This document shows, one piece after another, positions 1-8,374 of a stretch of DNA of 55,483 bases. Below the pieces are notes generated by a model, which did not search any database, was not told the origin of the DNA, and was given only the letters and a program-made list of their open reading frames with translations. Source of the DNA: Eubacteriales bacterium. GTDB lineage: Bacteria; Bacillota; Clostridia; Oscillospirales; CAG-272. Made by a program: the position numbers and the translations under genes. How positions within the stretch are numbered: position 1 is the stretch's first letter; each line of letters opens with the position of its first letter. The DNA lies in contig JAZQGJ010000063.1 in the NCBI GenBank assembly GCA_045539995.1, positions 1 through 55,483 on the forward strand, written 5' to 3'.

Positions 1-5
1 TCGCA

Positions 6-135
6 AGTGAAGCGCACTTCGTGCGTGAAGTGTGCCTTCGGCACGATATGCGGAACACTTAACTTCACTGCTCCGAAGGAGCAACTTCACTATGCCGCAG
101 AGCATAACTTCACTGCGGCTTGCCGCAACTTCACT
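6..135. repeat. Motif-plus-hairpin ('fishbone') array, motif AGTGAAG(T)/AACTTCACT; probably cut by the window start
   Basis: AACTTCACT at 61, 83, 106 and 127, separated by different hairpins (GCTCC-GAA-GGAGC, ATGC-CGCAGA-GCAT, GCGG-CTTG-CCGC). Complementary AGTGAAG (6-12) and GTGAAGT (25-31) are each followed by a hairpin. Confidence 0.85.
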
Positions 136-136
136 A

Positions 137-165
137 TTGAAATATTTACAAGCGTGTGATATAAT
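137..165 (+). promoter_or_regulatory. sigma70/sigmaA promoter for the four-helix-bundle gene
   Basis: TTGAAA(137-142)-17 bp-TATAAT(160-165) with extended TG; RBS GAGGTG before ATG 190. Confidence 0.75.
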
Positions 166-189
166 ATTGGTTAAAGTGAGGTGTATATA

Positions 190-540
190 ATGTCCGAATC
201 CAAACTCCGATCACAATCCATGGATTTTGCAGTATCTATTATTAATCTTGTAAAAGTCCTCAAAGAGAAAAGAGAATCCATTATTTCCAACCAAATCGGC
301 CGAAGTGGTACATCCATTGGCGCAAACATCCGTGAGGCTCAGTATGCTCACGGCAAGGCAGATTTTATTGCCAAGCTTCAAATTGCACTCAAGGAAGCAA
401 ACGAAACAGGATATTGGTTAGAGCTTTTGTATAAAACGAATTATATTACCGAAAGCGAATACAAAGCACTTGATTCCGCTTGCACGAGTATTCGAGTGAT
501 GCTGATATCTTCCATCAACACCGCAAAGGATAAGCAATGA
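190..540 (+). CDS. Four helix bundle protein (TIGR02436 / 23S rRNA IVS-protein / Avd-like family)
   Basis: Family motif NQIGRSGTSIGANIREAQYAHGKADFIAKLQIALKEANETGYWLELL; ATG at 190 after RBS. Confidence 0.9.
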   Translation: MSESKLRSQSMDFAVSIINLVKVLKEKRESIISNQIGRSGTSIGANIREAQYAHGKADFIAKLQIALKEANETGYWLELLYKTNYITESEYKALDSACTSIRVMLISSINTAKDKQ

Positions 541-830
541 ACACCTATATTATTAATGAGCTGAAAAGAATCAAAATGATGCTTTTATCCAATGAACAGC
601 CATCTTTTGAAGCTATTGATTCTGCGATTGGCGAATTTGAAATGATGAAAATGGAAATTGAACAGCATATCACAAATATGCCGCAGAAAGAAGAATACAA
701 AAATATACGGTGTTCAGCGGAAAACACAGTTCAAAAACTTTCAGAAATTTTGGAGCTGTTGGATGAACTCCCCGAGAACAAGGCGCTTGTACATGATATT
801 GTGGAGTTAATAGAGGATATCGGTTATTGA
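537..830 (+). CDS. Acidic helical hypothetical protein, translationally coupled to the four-helix-bundle gene
   Basis: 97 aa ORF; ATGA overlap with the upstream stop; amphipathic helical composition. Confidence 0.65.
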   Translation: MNTYIINELKRIKMMLLSNEQPSFEAIDSAIGEFEMMKMEIEQHITNMPQKEEYKNIRCSAENTVQKLSEILELLDELPENKALVHDIVELIEDIGY

Positions 831-883
831 CTTGCGCACCTTTTTTGCGTTTTTACCTACACTTACGCACCGTTTGTGCGTTT
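830..883. repeat. Imperfect 23-bp direct repeat (period 31)
   Basis: ACTTGCGCACCTTTTTTGCGTTT (830-852) vs ACTTACGCACCGTTTGTGCGTTT (861-883), 3 mismatches. Confidence 0.6.
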
Positions 884-890
884 CTTCGCG

Positions 891-923
891 GAAAAAAGCA
901 CTTGCGTAAGCAAGTGTTTTTTC
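891..923. terminator. Rho-independent terminator (bidirectional type)
   Basis: GAAAAAAGCACTTGC-GTAA-GCAAGTGTTTTTTC. Confidence 0.75.
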
Positions 924-928
924 TATTC

Positions 929-1092
929 AAACCGAAGGATTGGTATGTAATCAACGCGCTTCGCGTGTTGTATGTAATCCGTCGTTCTGAGACGGCATGG
1001 CATCACGCTTTGGCGTGCATTTCTCCTCGGCTTGATTCCATACATCACTTTGTGATGATTCCATACCTCAACAAGCTGTGGATTCAGCATAC
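929..1092. repeat. Second 'fishbone' array, motif GTATG(T/G)AATC / GATTCCATAC
   Basis: GTATGTAATC at 943 and 970 and GCATGGCATC at 995, each followed by a hairpin. GATTCCATAC at 1034 and 1057 and degenerate GATTCAGCATAC at 1081, with hairpin ATCAC-TTT-GTGAT between the first two. Confidence 0.8.
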
Positions 1093-1155
1093 CTTCTACC
1101 GTCCATAAGTTGCCGAATTTTCGCCTTGTTCAACAATGTTGTTTTTAAAAAATAT

Positions 1156-1185
1156 TTGACAAAAAACCTAATAATATGCTATAAT
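1156..1185 (+). promoter_or_regulatory. sigma70/sigmaA promoter
   Basis: TTGACA(1156-1161)-18 bp-TATAAT(1180-1185), extended TG. Confidence 0.75.
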
Positions 1186-1230
1186 AACTCATATATCTTT
1201 ATTAAAATTCCACGAGGAGAAATGCTTGAA

Positions 1231-2181
1231 ATGAAAAGAATTGAGTCTACTGTTTCGCCCGAAGAGGTCGCAAGAGTCAAGGGACTTGGCTTTTTGCGTG
1301 ATAAGAATACAGAGGATTGCTTTAACGCGCGCGTCGTAACCCGTAACGGAAAGCTGACGGCAGAAAAAATAAAGGCGATAGCCGACGCAGCAGAGCTTTT
1401 TGGTAGTGGCGAGGTTACTATTACCACTCGTATGAGCTTGGAAATTCAATGCGTTCCTTATAAAAATATAGATGCGCTCAGAGAATATCTTGCGAAGTAT
1501 GATTTGTTCACAGGTGGTACAGGGCCTAAGGTAAGACCTGTCGTTTCCTGTAAGGGAACTACCTGTCAGTACGGCTTAATTGATACCTTCGGGCTTTCTG
1601 AAGATATACATACTTACTTTTACGAGGGCTATTCAAGCGTAAAATTGCCTCACAAGTTCAAAATCGGGGTAGGAGGCTGTCCTAATAACTGCGCGAAGCC
1701 CGACCTGAATGACCTTGGTATTATAGGACAAAAGAAGCCTCTCGTCAATTTTGACGCTTGTCGTGGCTGTAAAGTCTGCCTTGTAGAGAAGAATTGCCCC
1801 GTAAAGGCGTGCCGCGTAGAAAATGGAAAGGTTGTAATAGACGAAAGCAGGTGTAATAACTGCGGAAGATGTAAGGACGTATGTCCCTTTAAGGCATTTT
1901 CAGAATACAGGAACGCATACAAGGTTTTCATAGGTGGCAGATGGGGAAAAAAGGTAGCCAGAGGAATACCTCTTTCGCGCCTTTTTGATAGCAAAGAGGA
2001 ACTTCTCTCTATAGTTGAAAAGACTATTCTGTTCTTTAAGGACAAGGGAATAGCGGGAGAGAGACTTCGTGACACTATAGAAAGAATAGGCATTGAAAGC
2101 ACCGAGGCTTTGCTTTTCTCGGATGAGCTTTTAGAGCGCAAGGACGAGATAATTGAAAAAGCGATAGCGCAAAAGGCGTAA
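1231..2181 (+). CDS. Nitrite/sulfite reductase-like (AsrC-like) 4Fe-4S protein
   Basis: NIR/SIR ferredoxin-like half domain (GEVTITTRMSLEI), CKGTTC and KFKIGVGGCPNNC motifs, ferredoxin Cys clusters; start moved to ATG 1231 after GAGGAG. Confidence 0.8.
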   Translation: MKRIESTVSPEEVARVKGLGFLRDKNTEDCFNARVVTRNGKLTAEKIKAIADAAELFGSGEVTITTRMSLEIQCVPYKNIDALREYLAKYDLFTGGTGPKVRPVVSCKGTTCQYGLIDTFGLSEDIHTYFYEGYSSVKLPHKFKIGVGGCPNNCAKPDLNDLGIIGQKKPLVNFDACRGCKVCLVEKNCPVKACRVENGKVVIDESRCNNCGRCKDVCPFKAFSEYRNAYKVFIGGRWGKKVARGIPLSRLFDSKEELLSIVEKTILFFKDKGIAGERLRDTIERIGIESTEALLFSDELLERKDEIIEKAIAQKA

Positions 2182-3110
2182 TGAAAAGATATATAAGGCT
2201 GATTTCTTTATTATTTATATTTGTTTTTCTTGTTTGCTCTTGTGCAAAAAAAGACGAAAAAACGCCCCATATGACCTTTACAGACAGCGTAGGGCGAGAG
2301 GTTTCTCTTTACGAAAAGCCGACAAGGGTAGCTGTTTTGTTTTCATCCTTTGCCGATATGTGGAGTCTGGCAGGCGGAGAGATTTCGATAACGGTTGGTG
2401 AGAGCGTTGAGCGCGGTATATGTGACGCAAGCGTTCTGCTCGTTGATAACGGTGCGGGAAAAAGTATAAATCTCGATCTGCTCGTTTCTTATAAGCCCGA
2501 TTTTGTAATTTGCTCGGCAGATATAGCGATTCAGGCTTCTGTGGCAGAGTTTCTTTACGATGCGGGTATTCCTTGCGCATCTTTCAGGGTAGAAAGCTTC
2601 TCGGATTATCTTTTTGTCTTTAATATAATGACCGATATAACGGGCAATAAAGAGGCGTACAGGGAATACGGAACCGACTTGAAAGTGCGCATAGACACGC
2701 TTATTTCAAAATCCGCATACGAAGACGAGAAAAGAATTCTTTTCGTTCGCGCGGGAACTACCTCAAAAGCCACCAAAGCAAAGCGCGCGGAGGATCATTT
2801 CGCCGCAGAAATGCTGAAGGAGCTTGGGGCCTATAACATAGCGGAGAACGCTCAGGTGCTTCTCGACGGCTTAAGTATGGAAGAAATTTTGCGTGAAAAC
2901 CCCGACTTGATTTTTATTACCACTATGGGAAACGAAGCGTTAGTTAAAGAATATGTGGACTCTTTGCTGTCGGATGCGCTTTGGCAAAGCCTTGACGCCG
3001 TGAAAAACGGTAGATATTATTATCTGCCGAAGGAGCTTTTCCAGTTTAAACCGAACGAAAAATGGTATGAGGCGTATTATGCCTTGTGGGAGATTTTATA
3101 TGAAAAGTAA
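2181..3110 (+). CDS. ABC substrate-binding lipoprotein, siderophore/cobalamin/heme class
   Basis: Lipobox-like LVCSC, FTDSVGREV, SLDAVKNGRYY. Confidence 0.85.
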   Translation: MKRYIRLISLLFIFVFLVCSCAKKDEKTPHMTFTDSVGREVSLYEKPTRVAVLFSSFADMWSLAGGEISITVGESVERGICDASVLLVDNGAGKSINLDLLVSYKPDFVICSADIAIQASVAEFLYDAGIPCASFRVESFSDYLFVFNIMTDITGNKEAYREYGTDLKVRIDTLISKSAYEDEKRILFVRAGTTSKATKAKRAEDHFAAEMLKELGAYNIAENAQVLLDGLSMEEILRENPDLIFITTMGNEALVKEYVDSLLSDALWQSLDAVKNGRYYYLPKELFQFKPNEKWYEAYYALWEILYEK

Positions 3111-4104
3111 AGGGCTTTTTGGGAAATATGCTTCTATGTCCCTTTTGCTGATTACTGTTTCCTTATTTGCCTTGCGCTTTGGCAGTGTCAGTCTTTCGTC
3201 AAGGACCTTTTTCTCGGCCCTTTTTATGAAACAAGGCTTTGAAAGCGAAAGCATAATACTGTACTTAATTAGATTTCCCCGACTGCTTGCGGCGTTGCTT
3301 TCGGGCGTGGGACTTTCTCTTGCCGGAGTTTTACTGCAAAACCTGACCGATAACGCTCTTGCGTCACCTAATACAGTCGGTGTAAACGCGGGAGCAGGCT
3401 TGGGAGCTATATTATCAATGTCTGTATTCTTTGCTTACACGCCGCTTGCAAGAGCTACACTAAATTCTTTTTTCGCTTTTTTGGGCGCATTTCTGACTAC
3501 GCTTTTCGTCCTCTTTTTGTCCTACAAGACGGGAGGAAGCAAGTCGGGCGTTATTCTCGCAGGCGTGGCTGTTACGGCTGTTCTGAACGCTTTTATATCC
3601 GTTATCACGCTTCTCGACAGCGACATCTTAATATCCTATAATTCTTTTTCTATCGGAAGCTTTTCGGGCGTAAAGTATGACCAGCTTGCTTTTCCCGCAG
3701 CTGTCATTTTTCTATGCGTTTTGCTTTCCGCTTTCTTTTCAAGGCAGATAGATATTCTTTGTATAGGAGACGAAATGGCTGTCGTTATGGGAGTAAACGT
3801 GTCTCTGTTAAGAATATGCTGTGTTCTGTGCGCCAGCGCAAGCGCAGCGTCGGTCGTGAGCTTTGCAGGGCTTCTGGGCTTTGTAGGGCTCGTCGTGCCT
3901 CATATTGCAAGAAAATTTGTCGGCAACAACACAAAGCACTTGATTTTTTCGTCAGCCCTTATCGGCGCGATAATTACCGTTTCTGCCGACCTTCTAGGAA
4001 GAATTATTCTCTCTCCCACTGAAATCCCAGTAGGAATTATGATGGCGCTTATCGGCGTTCCTTTCTTCATTTTTATAATGCTTAAAAGAAAGGGAGAGTA
4101 TTGA
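3100..4104 (+). CDS. FecCD/BtuC family ABC permease
   Basis: IRFPRLLAALLSG, LQNLTDNALASP, GFVGLVVPHIAR, EIPVGI motifs. Confidence 0.9.
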   Translation: MKSKGLFGKYASMSLLLITVSLFALRFGSVSLSSRTFFSALFMKQGFESESIILYLIRFPRLLAALLSGVGLSLAGVLLQNLTDNALASPNTVGVNAGAGLGAILSMSVFFAYTPLARATLNSFFAFLGAFLTTLFVLFLSYKTGGSKSGVILAGVAVTAVLNAFISVITLLDSDILISYNSFSIGSFSGVKYDQLAFPAAVIFLCVLLSAFFSRQIDILCIGDEMAVVMGVNVSLLRICCVLCASASAASVVSFAGLLGFVGLVVPHIARKFVGNNTKHLIFSSALIGAIITVSADLLGRIILSPTEIPVGIMMALIGVPFFIFIMLKRKGEY

Positions 4105-4105
4105 T

Positions 4106-4870
4106 ATGAGTCTTGAAATAAATATCGAGAGCGCAGGCTATAAGAATAAAGAGGTTCTTTCTGAGTTGAATTTTAGCTTGGAACAGGGCACCTTCAATGC
4201 AATAATAGGCAGAAACGGAAGTGGAAAATCCACTTTGATTTCGGCTTTGGCGAATTTGATTGAATTTCAGGGGGACGTAAGAGCAGACGGACTTTCTTTG
4301 AGAAGTATGGAAAGAAAGGAACGCGCAAAAAAGCTCTCTGCAATTCTTCAAAGCCTTAAAAAGCCTCATATAACCGTAAAAGAGCTTGTTTCGTTTGGCA
4401 GAAACCCTTATGTATCTCTGAATCGTCCGTTACAAAAAAATGACCTTATGATGATAGATAAGGCTATTGCCGTAGCTTCGCTTACACATCTTAGCGACGC
4501 CTATCTCGATTCGATATCGGGAGGAGAGCTACGGCGCGCGTATCTTGCTATGATTTTGGCGCAGGACACCGAGATTGTGCTTTTGGACGAATCCACAGCT
4601 TTTATGGATGCCTCCTTTGAAAATGATTTTATGAGAATACTTCTCGATTTGTCTAAAAAACATGGAAAAATTGTTTTGTTTGTTACTCATAATATCGACT
4701 TGGTAGTTGAATATGCAGATAACATATTAGTCTTGGAAAACGGAAAGCAATTGTTTTTCGGTAAAACGGCAGAGCTTTTAAATACGGATATAATAGAAAC
4801 GCATTTTGACTTAAAAAGATACAAAGCAGAAAATAAGATATTTTTTTCTGTCGGCAGAAACGAAAAATAA
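4106..4870 (+). CDS. FepC/BtuD family ABC ATP-binding protein
   Basis: Walker A GRNGSGKST, ISGGE signature, LLDE. Confidence 0.9.
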   Translation: MSLEINIESAGYKNKEVLSELNFSLEQGTFNAIIGRNGSGKSTLISALANLIEFQGDVRADGLSLRSMERKERAKKLSAILQSLKKPHITVKELVSFGRNPYVSLNRPLQKNDLMMIDKAIAVASLTHLSDAYLDSISGGELRRAYLAMILAQDTEIVLLDESTAFMDASFENDFMRILLDLSKKHGKIVLFVTHNIDLVVEYADNILVLENGKQLFFGKTAELLNTDIIETHFDLKRYKAENKIFFSVGRNEK

Positions 4871-4917
4871 CAACCTCATTTGTTAAAAAACAGCTAAACG
4901 TAGAAAGGATAAGAGAT

Positions 4918-5568
4918 ATGAAAAAATTTTTTATCGGTTTTTATAATTATACCGTTGTTTTGACGCATATAAGCTTAATTTCCGCAGTGCTTGGAATAAT
5001 AGCGGCGGATAGAGGGCATTATACTCTTGCGGTGCTTTGCGTATTTTTCTCAGGGGTTTGCGACGCCTTTGACGGAGCCGTTGCCCGTACGAAGAAAAAT
5101 CGAACGGACGACGAAAAGAGCTTCGGCATACAGCTCGACTCTATTTGCGACGTTATCAGCTTTGGAATCACTCCCGCTATGATTTGTTACTTTATGGGAG
5201 TGAACAAGGGAATCGGCTTGGTTGTAGTAATTTTCTATATTCTTGCCGCCCTTATACGCCTTTCGTTTTTTAACGTGCTGGAAATCAAGAGACAGAGCAA
5301 GGAATCGGGAGGAGTTGCAAAATATTACAGAGGTCTTCCCGTAACTACGATTTCTATTATTCTGCCGATAATATATATTTTTAAGTTTTTAATTACAAAA
5401 AGCAGCTTTGTGCTTTTGCTTCATATAATGCTCCTTGTTGTCGCGGTGTTGTTTATTTTAGATTTTAAAATCAAGAAGATTTGCTTTGACAGAATTTTCT
5501 CTCATCAAGTAAATGAGAATACATACGAAAATGAATTGACTGAGATAATCTCGGAAACTAAAGAATGA
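4918..5568 (+). CDS. CDP-alcohol phosphatidyltransferase (phosphatidylserine synthase-like)
   Basis: DAFDGAVAR...FGIQLDSICD motif. Confidence 0.85.
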   Translation: MKKFFIGFYNYTVVLTHISLISAVLGIIAADRGHYTLAVLCVFFSGVCDAFDGAVARTKKNRTDDEKSFGIQLDSICDVISFGITPAMICYFMGVNKGIGLVVVIFYILAALIRLSFFNVLEIKRQSKESGGVAKYYRGLPVTTISIILPIIYIFKFLITKSSFVLLLHIMLLVVAVLFILDFKIKKICFDRIFSHQVNENTYENELTEIISETKE

Positions 5569-5573
5569 ATTAA

Positions 5574-5945
5574 ATGAAAGAAAAAATAAAAAAGGCGTGG
5601 CTTTTTATCGCCAACCCCCGATTGCTTATTTGTATTTTAATCGCTTGGATTTTGACGAATGGATGGTCATATCTCTTTTTCCTCTTAGGTAATTATTTCG
5701 AAATAAAATGGATGGCTTCAATAGGCGGCGCGTACCTTGCATTCCTCTGGCTGCCGATTTCACCCGAAAAAATTTTCACCGTAGCTTTAGCAATACTTTT
5801 GCTTAAGCTGATTTTTCCAAACGATAAAAAAACCTTGGCGGTATTAAAAAATATGCACATACGCCTAAAAGAAGCGTGGAAAGAAAAAAAGCGAAAAAAA
5901 CGGAAAAATTCCCGAAAAACAAAGGAAGAAAATGACGGTGAATGA
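5574..5945 (+). CDS. Hypothetical membrane protein
   Basis: 123 aa, hydrophobic segments, basic tail, operonic spacing. Confidence 0.7.
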   Translation: MKEKIKKAWLFIANPRLLICILIAWILTNGWSYLFFLLGNYFEIKWMASIGGAYLAFLWLPISPEKIFTVALAILLLKLIFPNDKKTLAVLKNMHIRLKEAWKEKKRKKRKNSRKTKEENDGE

Positions 5946-6844
5946 CCGCTTTTCAAAGAATTTATGCGACGGAGAATAAAATGAAAGAATCTGTAAAGAT
6001 TTTCTTAAAAAGCATTATCGTAGGTCTTGGCGGAGTCGCCCCTGGTCTGAGTGGAAGCGTGCTTATGATAATTTTCGGACTTTACAGGGATACACTCGAC
6101 GCCTTCAGCACCCTGTTCGTCAATTTCAAAAAGAAAATTTCATATCTTTTTCCTCTTATAAGCGGGATGCTCGTAGGAGTTTTTCTTTTCGGAAAAATAG
6201 TAAACTTCTTCTTCGATAATTATACAGCTCCCACACGCTATGCGTTTTTAGGTCTTATTATAGGTACAGTTCCGCTTTTTTATCAAGAGCTCAAAAAGGA
6301 AGGCTTCTCAAAAAAGTATTACGTAGTTATGCTTTTTTCTTTTCTTGCGGGGCTTTTTTTGTTTACTCTTAATACTTCTTCCTTTTCTCAGCTTGAAAGC
6401 CTCAGCTTTATTCAAAAAATACTTCTCGGATTAGTCGTCGTCACGTCGGCTATCGTGCCTGGAGTAGACCAAGCTGTTTTGCTCACTACGTTCGGAATGT
6501 ACGACATTTATATAAACGCCATAGCCGACCTTGATTTTTCCGTTTTGCTTCCTATGGCGCTCGGTATGCTTGCAGGCGCTGTGGCAGTCTCATTTATTAT
6601 TACAAGACTGTTCAATTATTTTTATACGGCAAGCTATTCTGTAATTTTCGGAGTCTTCATCTCTATAATTCCCAATATGATTATAAGCAAGGAAAACAGC
6701 TATTTAACGGTATATAGACCGACTGTCTCGAATATTCTTATCGCGTTGCTCGGCTTTGCTATTTCATATTATATGGGAGATATAAAAGGGAATAACGAAA
6801 AAATCGGGAGAATGCTGAAGAAAAAAGAGCGAGACTATCAATAA
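5942..6844 (+). CDS. DUF368 family membrane protein (putative undecaprenyl-phosphate translocase); start may be 5981
   Basis: GVAPGLSGS and AIVPGVD repeated motifs; many TM segments. Confidence 0.8.
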   Translation: MTAFQRIYATENKMKESVKIFLKSIIVGLGGVAPGLSGSVLMIIFGLYRDTLDAFSTLFVNFKKKISYLFPLISGMLVGVFLFGKIVNFFFDNYTAPTRYAFLGLIIGTVPLFYQELKKEGFSKKYYVVMLFSFLAGLFLFTLNTSSFSQLESLSFIQKILLGLVVVTSAIVPGVDQAVLLTTFGMYDIYINAIADLDFSVLLPMALGMLAGAVAVSFIITRLFNYFYTASYSVIFGVFISIIPNMIISKENSYLTVYRPTVSNILIALLGFAISYYMGDIKGNNEKIGRMLKKKERDYQ

Positions 6845-7065
6845 TCCTCTGTTTCATCCTCTAATACGTCGTGAAAATGCTCAGGGCTTAATTTCAGCTT
6901 GTTGCATAAATATGTAAGGCTTTCAGCCCTTTCTCTTTCGAAAAACACGTCCTTATATGATGCAATAGGAGCGCCGTCACAGTATAATTCTATGCCGTAA
7001 ACGGTATGCGCCTCGTTATCCTCATCTAAAATACTACTCTCGCAAACTCGGTAATTATATTCCAT
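6838..7065 (-). CDS. Small hypothetical protein (DUF6514-like)
   Basis: VYGIEL...DVF...CNKLKLSPEHFHDVLED; RBS AGAGGA before ATG 7065. Confidence 0.7.
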   Translation of the reverse strand: MEYNYRVCESSILDEDNEAHTVYGIELYCDGAPIASYKDVFFERERAESLTYLCNKLKLSPEHFHDVLEDETEDY

Positions 7066-7161
7066 TTTGCCGTCCTCTTTCCTTAAAATTCTGTAAAGTC
7101 TCAATTAAGAGTAAAAAATCAAGATTTCTTCCATAAAATGTAAAAATCTCCTAAAAAGGCA

Positions 7162-7203
7162 AAAAACCTATAAACGCTCAAATAAGCATTTATAGGATTT
7201 TTT
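7162..7203 (-). terminator. Terminator downstream of tRNA-Ser
   Basis: AAAAAACCTATAAA...TTTATAGGATTTTTT inverted repeat. Confidence 0.6.
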
Positions 7204-7207
7204 GTTA

Positions 7208-7298
7208 TGGCGGAGAAGGAGAGATTCGAACTCTCGAACCCGGTTAAAGGTTACACGATTTCCAGTCGTGCGCGCTAGACCAACTACGCGACTTCTCC
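7208..7298 (-). tRNA. tRNA-Ser(GGA)
   Basis: Reverse complement GGAGAAGTCGCGTAGTTGGTCTAGCGCGCACGACTGGAAATCGTG...GAGAGTTCGAATCTCTCCTTCTCCGCCA; long variable arm; encoded CCA. Confidence 0.95.
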
Positions 7299-7490
7299 GT
7301 AGGATATTAAATTGTGATTTTTTACAACGTTGTTATTATATCACATAATTTCAATAAGTGCAATAGTTTTTTGAAAAAATCTCAAAAAAATATAAAAATA
7401 TTTTTTCCTCAAACATCCTATGGAATTTATGTTTATTATTTGCGTAAAAAAGTCAAAATATGTTTGATTTCATTTGATTTAGGAGTAGAT

Positions 7491-8273
7491 ATGAATATAG
7501 TAAAAAAATCTTTTTTTGCGCTTGCGAGCGCTATAGTCGCCTTGTGCGCCGTTTTCTTTTCAGCAAACGCCGACAATGCGCAGGGATGGTATGTAAAGCG
7601 AAATGCCGAGCATAAGCAGCCGTCTTTAGATTCCCCGCTTCAATATATAAGCAAGTATAATGCCTATTACGTTGACACAAAAAAGGCAGACAGCGAAGAC
7701 AAGGTTATTTACCTCACCTTTGACGCAGGTTATGAAAACGGAAACGTGGAGAAAATCGTGGACACGCTTATAAAGGAAAGCGTACCTGCCGCATTTTTCC
7801 TGCTCGATAATATAATAATAAAAAATACCGATTTAGTAAATAAGATGGCAGATAATAACTGCCTTGTATGCAATCACACCTTAAAGCATAAGGATATGAC
7901 AAAGATAACCGACAAAAATGAATTCGCAAATGAGCTTGCCTCTCTTGAAAGCGTGTATAAGGAAAAAACGGGAAAGGAAATGGCTAAATATTACAGACCG
8001 CCCGAAGGAAAATTCAACGAGCAGAGCCTGAAATTTGCGAGTGAGCTCGGATATAAAACAATTTTCTGGAGCTTCGCCTATGCCGACTGGGATAATTCAA
8101 ACCAGCCGAGCGAGGAATACGCTAAGAAGAAAATACTCGACAACACGCATAACGGCGCCGTTATTCTTCTGCATCCGACGTCCGAGACAAACGCCAAAAT
8201 TTTGCCCGACTTAATACAGGAATGGAAAAATCAGGGCTACCGCTTCGGCACGCTTGACGAGCTTACGACCTGA
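7491..8273 (+). CDS. pdaA: Polysaccharide deacetylase, PdaA-like (spore cortex muramic delta-lactam formation)
   Basis: YLTFDAGYENG, NHTLKHKDM, YYRPPEG, FWSFAYADW, GAVILLH; RBS AGGAG. Confidence 0.8.
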   Translation: MNIVKKSFFALASAIVALCAVFFSANADNAQGWYVKRNAEHKQPSLDSPLQYISKYNAYYVDTKKADSEDKVIYLTFDAGYENGNVEKIVDTLIKESVPAAFFLLDNIIIKNTDLVNKMADNNCLVCNHTLKHKDMTKITDKNEFANELASLESVYKEKTGKEMAKYYRPPEGKFNEQSLKFASELGYKTIFWSFAYADWDNSNQPSEEYAKKKILDNTHNGAVILLHPTSETNAKILPDLIQEWKNQGYRFGTLDELTT

Positions 8274-8307
8274 TAAAAATGGCTATTCAATCAAATTTAT
8301 TTAATGT

Positions 8308-8345
8308 AAAAAAAGAGATGCTATCAAAAATAACATCTCTTTTTG
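8308..8345. terminator. Bidirectional terminator between convergent genes
   Basis: AAAAAAAGAGATG...CATCTCTTTTT. Confidence 0.65.
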
Positions 8346-8374
8346 TTTGCGGTTATGCCTGAATATGAAGCCCC

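Noticed and set aside
61-135. CRISPR array
   Set aside because: Repeats are only 9 nt and spacers 12-14 nt and self-complementary; no cas genes
190-540. Diversity-generating retroelement (Avd homology)
   Set aside because: No reverse transcriptase or TR/VR pair with adenine-specific mismatches in the window
827-1108. 93-aa ORF
   Set aside because: Runs through the direct repeats, terminator and hairpin array; no RBS; not protein-like
7208-7298. tRNA-Ser as an integration site
   Set aside because: No duplicated tRNA 3' end or integrase seen; flanks are ordinary genes
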